From Tubiluchus corallicola (lineage: Eukaryota; Animalia; Priapulida): a stretch of 22,384 nt of DNA. A program made the translations under genes and the position numbers. The notes beneath the pieces were generated by a model. It was not told where the DNA came from and searched no databases. It saw only the letters and a list, made by a program, of their open reading frames with translations. The stretch lies in NCBI GenBank assembly GCA_030141605.1, contig JAQGDQ010001884.1, positions 1-22,384 of the forward strand, written 5' to 3'. Below, piece after piece: positions 1 through 22,384 of this stretch; position 1 is the first letter of the stretch, and every line of letters begins with the position of its first letter.

Positions 1-1583
1 TCGTCTCTGATCTTCTGTCTAACATGTTACTGGATTGTGGTTAAGAATTTAGTCGTCTCTGATCTTCTGTCTAGCATGTTACTGGATTGTGGTTAAGACA
101 TTTAGTCGTCTCTGATCTTCTGTCTAACATGTTACTGGATTGTGGTTAAGACATTTAGTCATCTCTGATCTTCTGTCTAGCATGTTAATGGATTGTGGTT
201 AAGACATTTAGTCGTCTCTGATCTTCTGTCTAACATGTTACTGGATTGTGGTTAAGACATTTAGTCGTCTCTGATCTTCTGTCTAGCATGTTACTGGATT
301 GTGGTTAAGACATTTAGTCGTCTCTGATCTTCTGTCTAACATGTTACTGGATTGTGGTTAAGACATTTAGTCGCCTCTGATCTTCTGTCTAACATGTTAC
401 TGGATTGTGGTTAAGACATTTAGTCGCCTCTGATCTTCTGTCTAACATGTTACTGGATTGTGGTAAGGAATTTAGTCGTCTCTGATCTTCTGTCTAACAT
501 GTTACTGGATTGTGGTTAAGACATTTAGTCGCCTCTGATCTTCTGTCTAACATGTTACTGGATTGTGGTTAAGACATTTAGTCGCCTCTGATCTTCTGTC
601 TAACATGTTACTGGATTGTGGTTAAGACATTTAGTCGTCTCTGATCTTCTGTCTAGCATGTTACTGGATTGTGGTTAAGACATTTAGTCGCCTCTGATCT
701 TCTGTCTAACATGTTACTGGATTGTGGTTAAGACATTTAGTCGCCTCTGATCTTCTGTCTAACATGTTACTGGATTGTGGTTAAGACATTTAGTCGCCTC
801 TGATCTTCTGTCTAACATGTTACTGGATTGTGGTAAGGAATTTAGTCGTCTCGATCTTCTGTCTAGGTACTGGATTGTAAGACATTTAGTCGTCTCTGAT
901 CTTCTGTCTAACATGTTACTGGATTGTGGTTAAGAATTTAGTCGCTCTGATCTTCTGTCTAGCATGTTACTGGATTGTGGTTAAGAATTTAGTCGTCTCT
1001 GATCTTCTGTCTAACATGTTACTGGATGTGGTTAAGACATTTAGTCGTCTCTGATCTTCTGTCTAACATGTTACTGGATTGTGGTTAAGAATTTAGTCGC
1101 CTCTGATCTTCTGTCTAACATGTTACTGATTGGGTTAAGAATTTAGTCGCCTCTGATCTTCTGTCAACATGTTACTGGATTGTGGTAAGAATTTAGTCGT
1201 CTCTGATCTTCTGTCTAACATGTTACTGGATTGTGGAAGACATTTAGTCGTCTCTGATCTTCTGTCTAACATGTTACTGATTGTGGTTAAGACATTTAGT
1301 CGCCTCTGATCTTCTGTCTAACAGTTACTGGATTGTGGTTAAGAATTTAGTCGTCTCTGATCTTCGTTCTATGTTACTGGATTGTGGTTAAGAATTGTCG
1401 TTCTGACCTGTCTAACATGTTACTGGATTGTGGTAAGGAATTTAGTCGCCTCTGATCTTCTGTCTAACATGTTACTGGATTGTGGTTAAGACATTTAGTC
1501 GCCTCTGATCTTCTGTCTAACATGTTACTGGATTGTGGTTAAGACATTTAGTTGCCTTTGATCTTCTGTCTAACATGTTACTG
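1..1583. repeat. 53-bp minisatellite, about 30 copies, running off the 5' edge of the window
   Basis: Unit tcgtctctgatcttctgtctaacatgttactggattgtggttaagacatttag; ends about 11 bp before exon 1. Confidence 0.97.
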
Positions 1584-1594
1584 AATGTTTTTAG

Positions 1595-20152
<18,558 letters not shown>

Positions 20153-20415
20153 GTAAGTACAGTACCTCTTCTTTTTTGCTCTTAGGAAATAATAGGACTC
20201 ATCAACAGATAATCAGTTTTTATTAATTTGTGTGTTCCTCCTGTTTTGGCTGCTACATTATTACAAAAGAATGGACAGTGAGGAAGATCCGTAATAAAAT
20301 TTAGCATAACATTAAACTAGAAAGAAAGCACAATAATATAGCAATGTATGGGTTAACCCACTTAAGGGGCATATTTGAAAAATTAGTGTTGACGAAACTG
20401 AAAAATTATCCATCA

Positions 20416-20565
20416 CCAACAACGGACAGCGACAATGACAGCAACAACAACAGTAACAATAACAACAATGACAACGACAAAGACAACATCAACAACAACA
20501 ATAACAATAACAACAACATCAGCAACAACAACAACCACAACAACCACAACAACAACATCAACAAA
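20416..20565. repeat. Degenerate (AAC)n microsatellite
   Basis: Direct reading; a purine-rich pentamer tract follows to about 20700. Confidence 0.9.
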
Positions 20566-20880
20566 TTGCTTTCCAGGCAGTTAAGGCAAGGCAAGTTAAG
20601 TTAGAATAAGATTAGATGAGAGGAGAGGACAGGAGAAGAGAGGGGTGAAGATAGAAGAGGAGAAAAGGAGAGGGGAGGGGAGGGGATGGGAGAAAAGGTC
20701 GGGGGACGAGCATGAATGTGGGTGATGTTGTAAAGTTAGTAAAGTCAGGCACATTATTTTATATAAAACAAGCTTCTATTTGTTTATGTTAATGTGCGCT
20801 TGACGTGAAGAAATTTCACATTTTAAAATGCAAGTTTTCATGGTTGCTGCACGTTCTGAGTTGAAAATGTTAACAAGTTC

Positions 20881-20910
20881 AATAATAATAATAATAATAA
20901 TAATAATAAT
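20881..20910. repeat. (AAT)10 microsatellite
   Basis: Direct reading. It is followed by ctttatt (AATAAAG on the - strand), so it may be a retroelement tail. Confidence 0.9.
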
Positions 20911-21020
20911 CTTTATTTAAAATCGGCTTTTGGGTCAACAATTAACATTAGCTCAAAGAGCTGTTATCGCCGACTGTAAATAACAACCTACAACTACATA
21001 ACAGAGACTATTATTATTAA

Positions 21021-21165
21021 CCCACTTTTACCCTAAATACCACGCGCCAGGCAGGGCAACAGCAGGTACCATTTTTAAAGTCTTTGGTATGACCCGGCCG
21101 GTGGTTCGAACTCACGACCTCCCAGACGGAAAGCAGACGCATTACCACTAGACTAAACCATCTGG
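21021..21165 (-). mobile_element. tRNA-headed SINE fragment with a conserved central domain (Meta-SINE-like, from memory)
   Basis: On the - strand: A box TAGTCTAGTGG, B box GAGTTCGAACC, then gggtcataccaaagactttaaaaatggtacctgctgttgccctgcctggc. Confidence 0.7.
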
Positions 21166-21274
21166 TCAATAAGTTATTAATGCATGTCTCAAGCTATTGA
21201 TTCCAGTATAGTGTTTGTTGTGATAAACAGCACTAAACCTGAAACATTTGTTGCTTGAAATAAACTGTTTAAAA

Positions 21275-22124
21275 ATACATGAATTGTTAACTTGAAATGG
21301 GGACCACATACACGAATTGTTAACTTGACATGGGGACCACATACATGAATTGTTAACTTGAAATGGGGACCACATACACGAATTGTTAATTTGGCATGGG
21401 GACCACATACACGAATTGTTAATTTGGCATGGGGACCACGTACACGAATTGTTAACTTGGCATGGAGACCACATACACGAATTGTTAATTTGGCATGGGG
21501 ACCACATACATGAATTGTTAACTTGGCGTGGGGACCACATACACGAATTGTTAACTTGACATGGGGACCACATACATGAATTGTTAACTTGGCATGGGGA
21601 CCACATACATGGATTGTTAACTTGACATGGGGACCACATACATGAATTGTTAATTTGGCATGGGACCACATACACGAATTGTTAACTTGACATGGGGACC
21701 ACATACACGAATTGTTAACTTGACATTGGGACCACATACACGAATTGTTAACTTGACATGGGGACCACGTACACGAATTGTTAACTTGGCATGGGGACCA
21801 CATACATGAATTGTTAACTTGGCATGGAGACCACATACATGGATTGTTAACTTGGCATGGGGACCACATACATGAATTGTTAACTTGGCATGGAGACCAC
21901 ATACATGGATTGTTAACTTGACATGGAGACCACATACATGGATTGTTAACTTGGCATGGAGACCACATACATGAATTGTTAACTTGGCATGGAGACCACA
22001 TACATGGATTGTTAACTTGGCATGGAGACCACATACATGGATTGTTAACTTGGCATGGAGACCACATACACGAGTTGTTAATTTGACATGGGGACCACAT
22101 ACACGAGTTGTCAATTTAGCATGG
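21275..22124. repeat. 33-bp minisatellite, about 26 copies
   Basis: Unit atacaYgaattgttaacttgRcatggggaccac. Confidence 0.97.
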
Positions 22125-22384
22125 CCGTGTTTCTTGTGTTTCTGATGCAGTTTCTCATAGAGGCTTAATTGTTTTAATTCAATGGCAATTTTTTGACCCG
22201 ATAGAGCATTATTCTTGCTTTTTGAGCATCACAAGTTAACATGCATGCAGGTAAAGCATGGTATGAGTTAATGAACTTGAAATAGGTATGAACTAAATTA
22301 AGCCGGAATGCGCGTTTGATTGATAGAGAGTGTATATGCGGATAACGATTTGTTCTCTACCATCGTTGTAACTGGGAAAGTTTT

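Noticed and set aside
841-1420. Cluster of units with small deletions in the 53-bp array (also near 7012)
   Set aside because: Scattered 1-7-nt deletions could be long-read consensus errors; not interpretable without raw reads.
1-1583. CRISPR-like array (also considered for the other regular arrays)
   Set aside because: The units are head-to-tail with no unique spacers, there are no cas genes, and the context is a spliceosomal intron.
21166-22114. Cys/Trp-rich repeat ORFs up to 303 aa on the - strand
   Set aside because: Translations of the 33-bp minisatellite, with frameshifts between units.
22151-22250. Possible next ELKS exon (tgcag or catag acceptors, CAG|gtaaag donor)
   Set aside because: Phase-2 continuation meets stop codons and gives no coiled-coil-like peptide.

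Overview
This is AT-rich, intron-rich animal genomic DNA, probably from an invertebrate, and is not prokaryotic. The + strand carries eight internal coding exons (1595-20152) of an ELKS/CAST/ERC (Bruchpilot-family) presynaptic active-zone coiled-coil gene. I recognised the family from remembered ERC1-like peptides such as VLKESLTAKEQ, MDIKERKINVLQRKIENL and EVDRLLDILKE. The start and stop codons lie outside the window. The introns hold about ten unrelated minisatellite arrays, several microsatellites, a degenerate (TTAGGG)n tract, a piggyBac-like MITE, two tRNA-headed SINEs, and a hAT element with a perfect 8-bp TSD that encloses a 5S-rRNA-headed SINE-like unit. Three observations stand out. 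(1) A candidate 21-nt, one-heptad, phase-0 microexon (YARVVAR) lies just downstream of an ACTAAC array. (2) The 3' end plus splice donor of exons 4, 6 and 7 has been tandemly duplicated three independent times; exon 7 gives an array of 12 two-heptad exon-like modules separated by 11-nt GT..AG spacers. (3) Several intronic repeats consist of splice-signal motifs. All splicing calls are read from sequence only and need RNA evidence. Exon numbers are local to this window.
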